In this document: positions 10,133 through 20,340 of the stretch, piece after piece | Numbering within the stretch: the first letter of the stretch is position 1 | Layout of the letters: each line of letters begins with the position of its first letter | IMG/VR virus record: IMGVR_UViG_3300037067_011710 | Source: an uncultured virus (IMG/VR IMGVR_UViG_3300037067_011710) | Lineage: Duplodnaviria > Heunggongvirae > Uroviricota > Caudoviricetes | Length of the DNA stretch: 64,000 bases | Reading direction: 5' to 3' (one strand) | Position numbers and translations under genes: made by a program | The notes under the pieces: generated by a model | What the model saw: the letters and a program-made list of their open reading frames with translations, nothing else | The model's database searches: none | Told to the model about the DNA's origin: nothing

Positions 10133-11473
10133 TTATCCCCTGAACGTACCGGCCTTCTGGTATCCGAGATCGATTCCCAATTTCTTGAACTCAGCATAAG
10201 GAGCACTCGCTTCAAAGTCTTTCATTGCCTGAGTTCCATTCCTACAGGCTACTTTGTAAGCATCCATCAGGTCCTTATATCGCTTCGTTTTTTCTTCCTT
10301 GGTCATCGTACTGGACGCCGATGCATCCCCGTTCGCCAGCTTGCTGCCAGGTATCGGAGATACGGTCGATTCGTTTTCTTTGTTTTTCTTCTCTCGAAGG
10401 GCTTTTTCCTCTTCAGGTGTAAGAGAAGTTGGTTTTACAATGTTAAAGGCTTTGCCTTCGCCAAGCATGTCATGATCGATTATCGCGGTCTCCATACCCT
10501 TGGCGTACTTGGAAACCGGGCCTTTCGACGTAAAATCATACGCCATTTCGACAGCCGTCCTTACCTTAGCATAAATCTCCATATCGCGCTTTGGAACACT
10601 ATCGATAAATGCTTTTCCTCGCGCCATTTCAGCAGCGTCCTTGGTTGTTATACCATTCTGCTTGTTGAGATTCTCGCTGATAAGGCCAATCGGTACAGTA
10701 GTTTCAACACCGAATTTCTTTTGAAATGCCGGAATGTCTTCGTCGTACAGTTTCTTCCACGCGCTGACAGCACCATCAGGTGTTGACTCACCTTCCGTAT
10801 CTTCCTTTTTGGGAATTACAGTTCTGAGTTCGTCAATCCTTTTCTGATTCTCCTGGCGCTCAAATGCAAGAAGCTGCTCGTTGTAGACCTCCATGGCGTC
10901 AGTATACTCATCCCGTTTTTCCTGATAACCAGGATCGAGCACACCCTCGTCAAAATCCTTCGGATTTGGCCGTACCGGTTTTGTCGGCTTCTTCACTACT
11001 GGCGTACTTTTGGCTTTCAATTCATCAAGCTCTTTCAGGATTCGATCTTTCTCCTCCTTCAGCTCTTTGAGTTCCCTGCCACGCTTTCCTTCTTTGGCAT
11101 TGATGTTGTCGAGTGTGGTCTGTAGTTGCTGATTGAGGGCATAGATTTTCTTGTGAGAATCAATGGCCTCCTTCGCACTTGCATGTCCCAACTCTTCCCA
11201 CCACTTACCCGACGTATCGTCGGCTATGCTTCCGTCCTTATCGTCCTTGTGCCCATCTTCAGCAGGCGGGACAGGTGTGACAGGTACGGCCTTCGCCGGA
11301 TCGTCGTTTGATACGGAAACGTCTCTTTCTTCGGGCTTCTTCGACGCATAGAGCAGAAACTCGTCGCGATCTTTTTCATTCGCTGGAACTACGATTTCTT
11401 TGTTTTTGATCATAGCTTTGATCTCTTCCGTCGTTTTGCCCTTGACTGCTTCTTTGACCTCGTTTGTCATCAT
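10133..11473 (-). CDS. Capsid scaffolding protein
   Basis: Charged coiled-coil protein between portal and capsid genes. Confidence 0.6.
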   Translation of the reverse strand: MMTNEVKEAVKGKTTEEIKAMIKNKEIVVPANEKDRDEFLLYASKKPEERDVSVSNDDPAKAVPVTPVPPAEDGHKDDKDGSIADDTSGKWWEELGHASAKEAIDSHKKIYALNQQLQTTLDNINAKEGKRGRELKELKEEKDRILKELDELKAKSTPVVKKPTKPVRPNPKDFDEGVLDPGYQEKRDEYTDAMEVYNEQLLAFERQENQKRIDELRTVIPKKEDTEGESTPDGAVSAWKKLYDEDIPAFQKKFGVETTVPIGLISENLNKQNGITTKDAAEMARGKAFIDSVPKRDMEIYAKVRTAVEMAYDFTSKGPVSKYAKGMETAIIDHDMLGEGKAFNIVKPTSLTPEEEKALREKKNKENESTVSPIPGSKLANGDASASSTMTKEEKTKRYKDLMDAYKVACRNGTQAMKDFEASAPYAEFKKLGIDLGYQKAGTFRG

Positions 11474-11655
11474 TTAAAAAACTCCTTCAGAACGTATCTT
11501 GATAGGTTAATTGCGTTTCGGCATTCCTGCCGGGTTATCGTTGTTCTCAACTTTTTTTGCCGTAGTCATCCGGGCGTGTTGAGTTCGCCCCGAAGACTGT
11601 TTGGAAGATAGCGGCCTCTTGCCACTCTCTCCCGGTGTCTGACTGTTTAAATTAT

Positions 11656-13695
11656 TCATGCCGCCTCCATAAGTTGTGGTTGTTCCTGTAATGTTCCACG
11701 TTGAGCTTCTATCTCATCAAACTTTCCTTCGGTTACATCCGGCTGATTGTCAATGACCTGTTGTTGAGGTTGTACTACCGCCGGACCCTGAAGTTGCATC
11801 ATCAACCTTCTTTGATTAAGAGTAAGCGCCAGTGCCGCATTTGCCTTCAGCATCATATACGCTTTTCTCAACTCCTCTTTCGTTTCATCACTGTAATCCA
11901 TAGTCTGTGCCAGGGCCTCCATTATAATCAATTTTGCCAATCGATCATTCGGATCATTGAATTGCTGAAGTGAGCCAAGGTAGTTATCCCTGAGCTCGCT
12001 TCTGATATTCAACCCTGAAAGTGATTTTACCAGAGTACATTTCATTTCCGGCATTTTTGAGATGTTGTTGATAATAATGCGTCTTCCGATCGGATCAACT
12101 CCCGGAGTATTTATTTCAAGCGGTTCACCCTTACCCTCTGACTTGGCGAACGTGCGGGGATACCCGGAATATGTAATCTTTGACTGAAGAGCATACGCCA
12201 TCATCTTTTCAGTTTCATTGCGCTCGATAATCGACATTGGATACTGCTGCCCGACAAGTCCGACCTGAACCTGAGATTGAAACAATTTTCCAGATGCGTT
12301 GGGGTTATCGTTACGAGAATCCATCGCCGCCGGTGAGGTAAGCCAGTCAGCAAGATCAAGCTTCCTCCCTGAGTAGTTGAACATATCGGTGGGAATTGGC
12401 TGGTGCGGAAGTTCAATTATCCCTCCGTGCGGACCTAAATCCTGTGTGGTTCCCTCGGCAACCCATATCTTTGAACCTGGAACATTCGACCGCATTTCAA
12501 TTTCGCGCTTTTTACCCTCATCACCCCCGGCAAGAGCCTCGTCCATTATGTATGATCCCTTGGCGGCGGTCAACATCATCTCGTTTTCATTCATCTGCTC
12601 TTTGTTGAAATCGATGTTGATGTCGTACAGATCATCAACCACTCCTCTGAACTGACCGTACATGCTATTTCCAAGCGGATAGATATTGCAATTATTGGTT
12701 TGAATTCTGTCTTTACCGGCAGCAAGAAACATTTCAATATTCAGTGTAGGACATTTGACTTCAATGCGCTTCTCACGTTTCTTTTGCTTGACTACGGTAT
12801 AGTCACCCTCGTTGAGTCCGGCTTCGACTATATACTGACGCTTTGCTTCCGCTTCTTCTTTTGACCCTTCAGGGAATCCGGTTTCAGGAAACGGACACTT
12901 GTTGATCAAATCATACTCCCAATCCCGTGTATACTTTCGCAGGCTATGAAATGTAATTACCTTATGATAATCTCCCCACTTCTGTTCAGTGGTTTGCCAC
13001 CGCTGGACACCCGCATTATAATCTCCAAAATTTATCCCGGTAAATTCTTCACGCTCTTTCCACTCCGCCAACTCATCAGCAACATTCGGAAACATCTCAA
13101 TTATCTGTGACGGTGTGAACATACCCCACTCGAAATAGTTGTCGATGTCCCATGCATGGGGAGTTTTCCAGCTTGGATCAATGTAAATGTGCGTCGGCGG
13201 CAATGGTTCAAACCCGATATTACCAAACGTGGAATCAAATCTATCACTGATAACCATTCTCTCGTACCCGACACAGACCTTCATGTCCCTCATGGCGATA
13301 ACCTTTGAGGTCTGCCAATCGCAGTTTCGTTTATCGGAGAGAGCCATGTCCGTCAGGTAATTAGCCCAATTGCTATTTTTCCCCGAAACTGTTTCCCATT
13401 TCATGTCAAACCCGTTGGCAATGAAGCTCCCAAGCTCCTTCTCGATCTTTGCTGCCGTGATGTTGTACGTCGGCGGGGTACGTCCCTGATTCTTCAGAAT
13501 CTCGATTACATAGGAAGGCCATTGACCATAGTCGCGCCCCCAATAAAACCTTTGGTTGCGGATGATATGGGTTATCTCTGACTGATAATAATCCTCATAC
13601 CGATTAAACATGTTCTGCAACCACTGGCTGCGAATATATTTAGGCTCCTCTACTGAGGTGGGCCTCGGCTTGGAATAGTCGTATCGGGATTTCAC
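11656..13695 (-). CDS. Portal protein (P22-like)
   Basis: FYWGRDYGQWP...GRTPPTYNIT N-terminal motif; 679 aa; Gln-rich C-terminus. Confidence 0.85.
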   Translation of the reverse strand: MKSRYDYSKPRPTSVEEPKYIRSQWLQNMFNRYEDYYQSEITHIIRNQRFYWGRDYGQWPSYVIEILKNQGRTPPTYNITAAKIEKELGSFIANGFDMKWETVSGKNSNWANYLTDMALSDKRNCDWQTSKVIAMRDMKVCVGYERMVISDRFDSTFGNIGFEPLPPTHIYIDPSWKTPHAWDIDNYFEWGMFTPSQIIEMFPNVADELAEWKEREEFTGINFGDYNAGVQRWQTTEQKWGDYHKVITFHSLRKYTRDWEYDLINKCPFPETGFPEGSKEEAEAKRQYIVEAGLNEGDYTVVKQKKREKRIEVKCPTLNIEMFLAAGKDRIQTNNCNIYPLGNSMYGQFRGVVDDLYDINIDFNKEQMNENEMMLTAAKGSYIMDEALAGGDEGKKREIEMRSNVPGSKIWVAEGTTQDLGPHGGIIELPHQPIPTDMFNYSGRKLDLADWLTSPAAMDSRNDNPNASGKLFQSQVQVGLVGQQYPMSIIERNETEKMMAYALQSKITYSGYPRTFAKSEGKGEPLEINTPGVDPIGRRIIINNISKMPEMKCTLVKSLSGLNIRSELRDNYLGSLQQFNDPNDRLAKLIIMEALAQTMDYSDETKEELRKAYMMLKANAALALTLNQRRLMMQLQGPAVVQPQQQVIDNQPDVTEGKFDEIEAQRGTLQEQPQLMEAA

Positions 13696-13973
13696 AACTG
13701 GTCATCCACCTCATCAATCAGTTTGTTCACGTATTCCACGAACGCCGACCTGTCGGTGAATTCTTTTTGAAGCGGCTGTTTCTCCGGCTCTTTTGAGTCG
13801 ACAGTAGCACAACACGGACCATTGCTGTACATTTCGCAGGTGTATGTCATCTGCGGTGTCCCGTTGATCTCTTTGCGCTCAATCCTTACGTTGATGTTGT
13901 ATCGGTTTGACGCCTTGTCATACTTGGTCAGTTTGGCAAATTTTGCGGCTACTTTTTCTCTATTTGAACCCAT
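13692..13973 (-). CDS. Hypothetical protein
   Basis: 93-aa ORF translationally coupled to portal. Confidence 0.6.
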   Translation of the reverse strand: MGSNREKVAAKFAKLTKYDKASNRYNINVRIERKEINGTPQMTYTCEMYSNGPCCATVDSKEPEKQPLQKEFTDRSAFVEYVNKLIDEVDDQL

Positions 13974-13977
13974 ATCG

Positions 13978-14253
13978 TTACCCTATCTGGTTAAAAACTT
14001 TTTCCTCGGTATAAAGCAACTCATCAAGTCCTTCTTTCGGCCTTGATATGACTTCTATTACAGGGCCTTGGCCTTGGTCGACAATCCTCATCCATCTTTG
14101 GTCAGGGGGACATGAAGAACATCGGAATATCGGTCCGCCTTCGGGGTCGGTCTTGAGTGCAGCTACTTGGGAGTCGGTGAGTATGGCAAAAAAATGACCG
14201 CACTTGCCATTCTTTACGTCGAGAAATCCATTTCTACAACGGACAAGCTTCAT
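13978..14253 (-). CDS. Small Cys-rich zinc-finger protein (Mu Com-like N-terminus)
   Basis: MKLVRC...KCGHFFA...FRCSSC; first gene after leader and terminator. Confidence 0.55.
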   Translation of the reverse strand: MKLVRCRNGFLDVKNGKCGHFFAILTDSQVAALKTDPEGGPIFRCSSCPPDQRWMRIVDQGQGPVIEVISRPKEGLDELLYTEEKVFNQIG

Positions 14254-14263
14254 TTTTCACCAT

Positions 14264-14310
14264 AAAAAAAGACGTTGAAATCACCACAAAATAATGACTT
14301 CAAACGTCTT
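14264..14310 (-). terminator. Leader terminator hairpin just upstream of the head operon
   Basis: Minus strand AAGACGTTTGAA...TTCAACGTCTT-TTTTT. Confidence 0.6.
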
Positions 14311-14419
14311 CGGCTTTGCGTCCATGCTGCCATTTTGCCATCCTTGGCTATTTTGAACGGATTTCGGCATCCGCTGCCGGACTTATATAAACCTCATAAC
14401 GGTTCGCCGTTCATCTATA

Positions 14420-14448
14420 ATAATACTACAATTTTATCGTTAAAGCAA
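14420..14448 (-). promoter_or_regulatory. Sigma70-like promoter for the head operon
   Basis: TTGCTT-17 nt-TATTAT. Confidence 0.5.
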
Positions 14449-14449
14449 C

Positions 14450-15181
14450 TTATACTCTCGTTTTCAAAAGTGCCTCGTACTCCCGTCTGCTATTTCCCAA
14501 TTCTTTTCCGATATACTTCTCATCCCTAAATTGTGCCATACTCTGGACGTGTACCCGATATGGTGATACGGCGCCACCCTTATGGTAGCTCACCATCTTA
14601 TCTTCCTGAACCTGATTTCGCTTCACTTCATACCGTTGCTTTCGATATGCCCAATCAGGGTATAGGTGGTCGAGAATGGCTCCGGGAAGTCGGGGAACGC
14701 TTATCTTTGCCATCTGGTTGATTCCAGGCCACTCTACAAGCCGTGTCTCTCCAATTGCTGATTCAGGTACACCCTTGAACCAATAGCCCGATGGCGGTAC
14801 TCCTTCGCCATGTACCTCGAAATTCTGGTCATGGCAGTAATACCGAATACCTTTATGGAGATACCAGAAACTTAAACAGATATGCGGAAATCCTTGGGAG
14901 CTATTGAATGAGCAATGTAACGCCTTTGATCGATCGGTGTCATCGAGCATCGCATGAGCCATAGTGTACCCGCCCGGGCAGCTTGAAAACGATTTTTGAA
15001 TCCTCTTGTAGTCCTCACCGTATAAAACACAGATATCGAGATCCCCGTCGGGTATTACTCCCTTATTCATGATCAATCCCCAAAGACCACCAAAGCATAG
15101 CCAGTACTGGACCTTGGCATACCCCATGGCCATGTTGATTATCTTTACGGCAGTTTCAATACCTTTTCCTGGCTGTAGCAC
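14450..15181 (-). CDS. LicD-family nucleotidyltransferase-fold protein
   Basis: YWLCFGGLWGLI...IPDGDLDIC and ILDHLYPDW motifs. Confidence 0.75.
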   Translation of the reverse strand: MLQPGKGIETAVKIINMAMGYAKVQYWLCFGGLWGLIMNKGVIPDGDLDICVLYGEDYKRIQKSFSSCPGGYTMAHAMLDDTDRSKALHCSFNSSQGFPHICLSFWYLHKGIRYYCHDQNFEVHGEGVPPSGYWFKGVPESAIGETRLVEWPGINQMAKISVPRLPGAILDHLYPDWAYRKQRYEVKRNQVQEDKMVSYHKGGAVSPYRVHVQSMAQFRDEKYIGKELGNSRREYEALLKTRV

Positions 15182-15575
15182 AATACCTTCTTTGATATGA
15201 TTCCTCGAAAATTGTGTTCTGCAATCTCATTATTAACTTATGAATTTGATCGCGTTCGAACCATGCACCGTGAATCTTTGAAACCGAATCCCCCAATTCC
15301 CAGGTCAAAAGCTCAAGCGCCTCATGAAATGCTGACCGGCATAGCATCTTGTGTGATACTTCATCAAACCCCCAATGAGTAGAAAGTATCATCTGCGCCA
15401 TATGTTCTGACCGGTCATTGTTAACTTGGGTAGCGGCAAGCCCTTCCCTTTTTACGTGAAAAAAAGTAACGCAGTATTCATACATACCGAAATACTTTAT
15501 CCAATATTCACATTCTTTCTTGAATACTTGGAAGTCTTTTTCAGTTGTCTTGTTTGATTTTTTGATCACACGCAC
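15156..15575 (-). CDS. Hypothetical phage protein (AFHEALEL motif)
   Basis: 139-aa ORF in operon. Confidence 0.6.
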   Translation of the reverse strand: MRVIKKSNKTTEKDFQVFKKECEYWIKYFGMYEYCVTFFHVKREGLAATQVNNDRSEHMAQMILSTHWGFDEVSHKMLCRSAFHEALELLTWELGDSVSKIHGAWFERDQIHKLIMRLQNTIFEESYQRRYCATARKRY

Positions 15576-16248
15576 TCCAGTTCCGATCCTTTATCTGTTC
15601 TGCCGGTTTGACTTCGTTTTCGCGCACCACCTGATAATGGTTTGAACTTTTAAACGTTCGCCTCACTATACTCTTGCAGATCATTCCCTTCACTACATTG
15701 ATTACCATACCGTTTTTCAGGCAAGAGTAATTTACCGCAATCATAGTGTCGTTATCGGATACCCTGTCCAACCACACCTTACGATTAATAACACAATTCA
15801 TACCACCAACAAGGCTTTCAAAGTCCGCCTCTCCGGCATGATCAATAAAATACTCCTCATCGATATCCACTCCCAAAAATTGAGAGTATCGAGCATTCAG
15901 ATGTTCATGTTCCGGATAATAGATTTTGTTTTCATTCAAGCGTTCTGTGAGAAACGGTAAAAAAAACTGGGTTCCGACTACGGTATTCTCATCAACTATC
16001 GCAATCCAATCACCGACACACAAACAGGCCAGGATGTTAAGCGGATTCATCGACAACAATCCTGGTGTAATCATTACCTTTTCTGATAATTTACACATCG
16101 ACATAACATCTTTTCTGTCATTACAATAAATTGCTATTTCTTCCACCGGAACTATGCCACGGCAATTCAAAATCGTTTTATGAATGGCATTGAGAGTACC
16201 ACCAGTGTAGACTATTAGAATAGATATTTTCAATTGCACCTCCTGCAT
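15541..16248 (-). CDS. Divergent GT-A glycosyltransferase-like protein
   Basis: KISILIV...EEIAIYCND...GDWIAIVDEN, with a degenerate DxD. Confidence 0.5.
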   Translation of the reverse strand: MQEVQLKISILIVYTGGTLNAIHKTILNCRGIVPVEEIAIYCNDRKDVMSMCKLSEKVMITPGLLSMNPLNILACLCVGDWIAIVDENTVVGTQFFLPFLTERLNENKIYYPEHEHLNARYSQFLGVDIDEEYFIDHAGEADFESLVGGMNCVINRKVWLDRVSDNDTMIAVNYSCLKNGMVINVVKGMICKSIVRRTFKSSNHYQVVRENEVKPAEQIKDRNWSACDQKIKQDN

Positions 16249-17108
16249 ATTCCCAATTCCATCCTGCGACCTAATTCCAATTTCTTTTGATAACCAGGAC
16301 TATTGATTATGGAATCCAGAGATCCAACCTTCAGGACATTCCAATCGGATTCATGATACAACATATCATGGCAGCAAATGGTAACGTTCCCGGTCGGACC
16401 TATCACAGGCTTAATAAAGCTGCCACATTGTTTCATCTTGCTCACAACATGCCCGTCGACCACCGAAAACCGGGTGCTTTTTGCCGGCGCCATGTCGGCA
16501 ATCGTCGCCTCGTCCTCCGGAAGCATCCGATATCCCATGTAGTACCCCATCGGCTTTGCTGCCCATCGCGTTACCCCGCAGTCATTCACGCGCCTCTTAA
16601 TCTCTTTCAGGTGCCATTCGTTATATCGATTAACCACGGTTACAACCGATATGGTGATCCTTTTTGTACGCGCCTCAGTTGCTAACTTATCCAAATTGGA
16701 AAACACCAAATCGTTATTGATGTGCTTCGCAATGTTGTCCTGAATTGTCTGGTCAGGTGCATCGATAGTAACATCGAAATACAACTGACAATTCATTCTC
16801 TTGAATGCTTCGCGCATCTCATACTCATCGATAACGAAACACAGCTTAGTAGCCGTATTCGTCACCATTGCAGAATTCGACATCCTGATTATCATTTTCC
16901 AGTAATTAGGATGTAAAATAGGTTCCCCCGACAGATACGGATAAACATAATCGTATCGTTCACGCTTCAGGATATCCACTATTTTAACGAATGCTTCCCA
17001 AACCATGAACTGCGGCTTCACCATATTTCGATATTGATGAAGACAGTATTTACACTTTGCTCCGCAGGCCGTGGAAATATCGAGCATTACAATTTTCATT
17101 TTCTTCAC
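16230..17108 (-). CDS. Radical SAM/SPASM protein
   Basis: CGAKCKYC; SGEPILHP; C-terminal CGS...GNVTICCHD...CRRC. Confidence 0.85.
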   Translation of the reverse strand: MKKMKIVMLDISTACGAKCKYCLHQYRNMVKPQFMVWEAFVKIVDILKRERYDYVYPYLSGEPILHPNYWKMIIRMSNSAMVTNTATKLCFVIDEYEMREAFKRMNCQLYFDVTIDAPDQTIQDNIAKHINNDLVFSNLDKLATEARTKRITISVVTVVNRYNEWHLKEIKRRVNDCGVTRWAAKPMGYYMGYRMLPEDEATIADMAPAKSTRFSVVDGHVVSKMKQCGSFIKPVIGPTGNVTICCHDMLYHESDWNVLKVGSLDSIINSPGYQKKLELGRRMELGICRRCN

Positions 17109-17841
17109 CTTTCAAACAGTAATTTTTCTCTTTTTTCAAAAAAGATAAAACGTTTTTATTCACCATGCAATATTGGCATGCCGACTGCATGTATTTCTTT
17201 TGAATACATTCACTGGTCGACAGCCTATGTAAAAATCCTTTTCTTACCGGTATCGTCAAACACAGGTCAGCATCAAGCCCATGCAGTAAATTCAGAAATC
17301 TCATTCCACCACATATATCTATCCTGTCTCCGAATATCGTAGGATAGTTACAAGCACACTCTGCCGGCAACGATGCCCTGATCGGCTTATCAGCTTGAAT
17401 AACGAATTCTGTTTTGTCTGAAATATGAACGTTACTCCGGTCGCCAAAATATTTTTCTATGAGTTCAATACTCTTTTCGTTTCCGATGTACCTTGATATC
17501 CTCATGTTATCAACCAAGGAAAGAACATCATTCAGCCACTCAAGGTTTTTACTGGTTATCGCTATTGAATTCGTAAGCATTTTGATCTGATCGGTTATCC
17601 CCGCTTCCTTAATCAACTTCATTGCCTCGATAAGGTTTTTCCATAACAGGGGTTCTCCGCCTGAAAGCAGTACAATTTTGAAATGATATCCGCTTGCTGT
17701 ACATGCATCGATAAACCTTTTAACGCTCGGAATAGACCAATGAAAGTTCCTGTTCTTCTCCATCCATGGAATCACAAAACAGTTTTTACATCGCAACTGA
17801 CATACCGATGTGGTTTTTATTGAAATAATGGGAAAATTCAT
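17050..17841 (-). CDS. Radical SAM protein
   Basis: CQLRCKNC; SGGEPLLW; Cys-rich C-terminus. Confidence 0.85.
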   Translation of the reverse strand: MNFPIISIKTTSVCQLRCKNCFVIPWMEKNRNFHWSIPSVKRFIDACTASGYHFKIVLLSGGEPLLWKNLIEAMKLIKEAGITDQIKMLTNSIAITSKNLEWLNDVLSLVDNMRISRYIGNEKSIELIEKYFGDRSNVHISDKTEFVIQADKPIRASLPAECACNYPTIFGDRIDICGGMRFLNLLHGLDADLCLTIPVRKGFLHRLSTSECIQKKYMQSACQYCMVNKNVLSFLKKEKNYCLKGEENENCNARYFHGLRSKV

Positions 17842-18545
17842 TTATGCAGAAACCTCTTGATCGTCTTCAGCTTGTTCATTCCATGCAGTTCTTCACTGAA
17901 TCTTGGTGGTCTCACTATTGTGGAGTGATTCATTTCGTGAACATTCACGACGAAATGTCCGTCTTCCAGCACAACAGCTCCGAAACTTTTGATATATGTG
18001 TGCTCAACCGGATCAAACCGATACATCCCTTTAACATATTTCTGCACGTAGAATGGTCCACTGCCACAGCAATCATACTTCCACATCTTGCCATTGTAAT
18101 AGCAATATCCATATCCGCGTTGAAAATATCCGTACTGTTCTGATACTGGAAACTCATTTAAAATGTATTCAAACGTATCCCGAGAATACATATCATCAGA
18201 ATCGATACGAACTGCATAGGTAGTATCGTAATTCTCCCTTAAAAGCTTCATAGTATCATTGTAATTTTTAGTCCCGAAATAAAGAAGTTTAACTCTGGAA
18301 TCTTCTTTCATTACTTGGCTAAAAATATTGTCGGTAATATGCTTAGTTTGAATGTTACACATCAAATAATAAACAAATTTTCCATTCTGTACTGCTATGC
18401 TTGGATACGTGAATTTTCTCCATATCATATATCGATCATTGATCCATCCTTCTTTCAGTACCGGATGAACTTCTTGAGTCTTCCAATCTTTGAATGGAAA
18501 TAAGAAAAAATTAAATGGGGTCCAGCACACCACCAGATCATTCAT
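17838..18545 (-). CDS. Putative rhamnosyltransferase-like glycosyltransferase
   Basis: WINDRYMIWRKFTYPSIAVQ...VRIDSDDMY...NVHEMNHST. Confidence 0.7.
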   Translation of the reverse strand: MNDLVVCWTPFNFFLFPFKDWKTQEVHPVLKEGWINDRYMIWRKFTYPSIAVQNGKFVYYLMCNIQTKHITDNIFSQVMKEDSRVKLLYFGTKNYNDTMKLLRENYDTTYAVRIDSDDMYSRDTFEYILNEFPVSEQYGYFQRGYGYCYYNGKMWKYDCCGSGPFYVQKYVKGMYRFDPVEHTYIKSFGAVVLEDGHFVVNVHEMNHSTIVRPPRFSEELHGMNKLKTIKRFLHK

Positions 18546-19255
18546 ACCTCAACAAACTCCATCTTGGCACCTTCCCAATAATACTTTTCATGCTCCTCAT
18601 GCAGCGTTTCTTGAAACAATTCCAGCCTGCCGTAATGTTCCGGTCGAAATATCAAATCTGTACACGGTTCCTGTCGAGCAATTTCACGGTATCCGTCAGC
18701 ATCCGATTTTACCCCATGCACCCTCGGTCGATACGAAAAATGCCTGCATCCCTTCGGGTAATACTCCGGCAGCTTCTTTTCGAAGTACCGATACCAATAC
18801 TTTTCATACTCTGTGTCGTGATACATCGTAATCCCGGCGTGTCGGGCCATAGCCATCAGTGAGTACACTCTTGTTCCGGCGAAAGAATCAACGAACAGCA
18901 AATCAATCTTCAGCTTCTTCGGCAGCAATAGATACCAGTAGTATATTTCCTTACGCTGCTTTAGTATCAGCTTTTCAGGGTATGTGCTGAATACCAGGTT
19001 TCCGAACTGCTTTGAAACGAATACCACGTTTTTTCCGCACTTATCAGCTATGGCATCAATCCATTCCTGGTTGTGCTCTATCCCTACAACCGACTTGCAT
19101 CCTGCCGACCATATCGGGGTGCTGTTCGGTCCACACCCACACTCTACAACAGCTTCAGGCTTGAATACCTTGATTACTGATCTAATCACCGGCTGGTGTG
19201 ACGGCCGCATTTTGATGACTTTCATTCCATGCCTCTTTAAATGTTTTATGAGCAC
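18542..19255 (-). CDS. SAM-dependent methyltransferase-like protein
   Basis: VVECGCGPNST, IEHNQEW, DLLFVDS, HDTE motifs. Confidence 0.7.
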   Translation of the reverse strand: MLIKHLKRHGMKVIKMRPSHQPVIRSVIKVFKPEAVVECGCGPNSTPIWSAGCKSVVGIEHNQEWIDAIADKCGKNVVFVSKQFGNLVFSTYPEKLILKQRKEIYYWYLLLPKKLKIDLLFVDSFAGTRVYSLMAMARHAGITMYHDTEYEKYWYRYFEKKLPEYYPKGCRHFSYRPRVHGVKSDADGYREIARQEPCTDLIFRPEHYGRLELFQETLHEEHEKYYWEGAKMEFVEV

Positions 19256-20069
19256 GCAATGGCGCTTCAGGATTACCGAATTGCTGTTTTGATAAAAACG
19301 TATTGAATTCTTTCAGGTGTCTGCACGTTGATTTATAGAGTTTAACATTTTTCAACCTGATCGGATTCTTCAAATTTCTACATTTGGGATGCCATAAATG
19401 ATACACAGTTTGGTTATGCATAATATAGGTTTTTGATGCAAACTGAGCACGTCTGGCGATTTCATTATCTGGGCCTCCCAGCTCTTCAAACCATTCATTG
19501 CATCCACCAATGGAAAAAAAGAATTTTTTGTTGAATAAAACCATCCCGCCTTCACTCGCTCCGATGGTAGGATGAACGAACATTGACCCTCTTCGTTCTG
19601 CGATATCATTACTAACTGCTATCCCGGATAGAATCATCTTTCGATGAACTTCCGACGTGTAGCAAAGGTTATCCCATGCAATAATCCAATCGCATTCAGT
19701 TATTTCGTTGAGATATGGTTTAGGTGCCCACATATCAGACTCGGCGATAGCGATGGTGTTAAACCGTGCGGCCTTAGCTCCGACATTACAGCACCACCCT
19801 TTGTTGAAGGTTTTATATTCTATTGGTATGATTTTTGCATATCGCTTACCGAGACACATAAATTTATTGATGACATCCACTACCTTTCCGGGCATCATAG
19901 TGTCCTGCAAAACAATCACCAGCTCCAAGGCCTTATGCTTGGCGTAGAATGTGCGAATAGAGAATGCCAGTGCTTCCCATCGATCGGGCATAGCCTTGCC
20001 ATTGTAGGCGTCTCCTATGGGGATTATGACAGAAACTTCATTCATACTTTGGTTCCGTTGGTAAAACAA
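19182..20069 (-). CDS. Glycosyltransferase (GT2 with GT7 C-terminal-like domain)
   Basis: VSVIIP, FNKGWCCNVGA, IGGCNEWFEELGGPDNE, YHLWHP. Confidence 0.8.
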   Translation of the reverse strand: MFYQRNQSMNEVSVIIPIGDAYNGKAMPDRWEALAFSIRTFYAKHKALELVIVLQDTMMPGKVVDVINKFMCLGKRYAKIIPIEYKTFNKGWCCNVGAKAARFNTIAIAESDMWAPKPYLNEITECDWIIAWDNLCYTSEVHRKMILSGIAVSNDIAERRGSMFVHPTIGASEGGMVLFNKKFFFSIGGCNEWFEELGGPDNEIARRAQFASKTYIMHNQTVYHLWHPKCRNLKNPIRLKNVKLYKSTCRHLKEFNTFLSKQQFGNPEAPLRAHKTFKEAWNESHQNAAVTPAGD

Positions 20070-20115
20070 TGTTGTTTTAATTTGATATTCATTTTTCTAA
20101 CTCTACTTTTTTATT

Positions 20116-20340
20116 TTACCCGAGATTTTTCTCACTTTGGTATTCAATTTTCTGACTATTGGCATTTTTTTTAATACTTTTTTTACCCTCTAATTTTACC
20201 AATTGATCAACCATTCCCTTTGTTATTTCTACCTCATACACTGGCAGCCCGGCCATTTTTTTGATTTTTCCAATCACTGGCAAAAAAACACTATTTTTCC
20301 CTTTACCATAGATTAAACTTATTCTTATCTGATTCATCAT
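20116..20340 (-). CDS. Hypothetical protein
   Basis: 74-aa ORF coupled to the upstream gene. Confidence 0.45.
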   Translation of the reverse strand: MMNQIRISLIYGKGKNSVFLPVIGKIKKMAGLPVYEVEITKGMVDQLVKLEGKKSIKKNANSQKIEYQSEKNLG

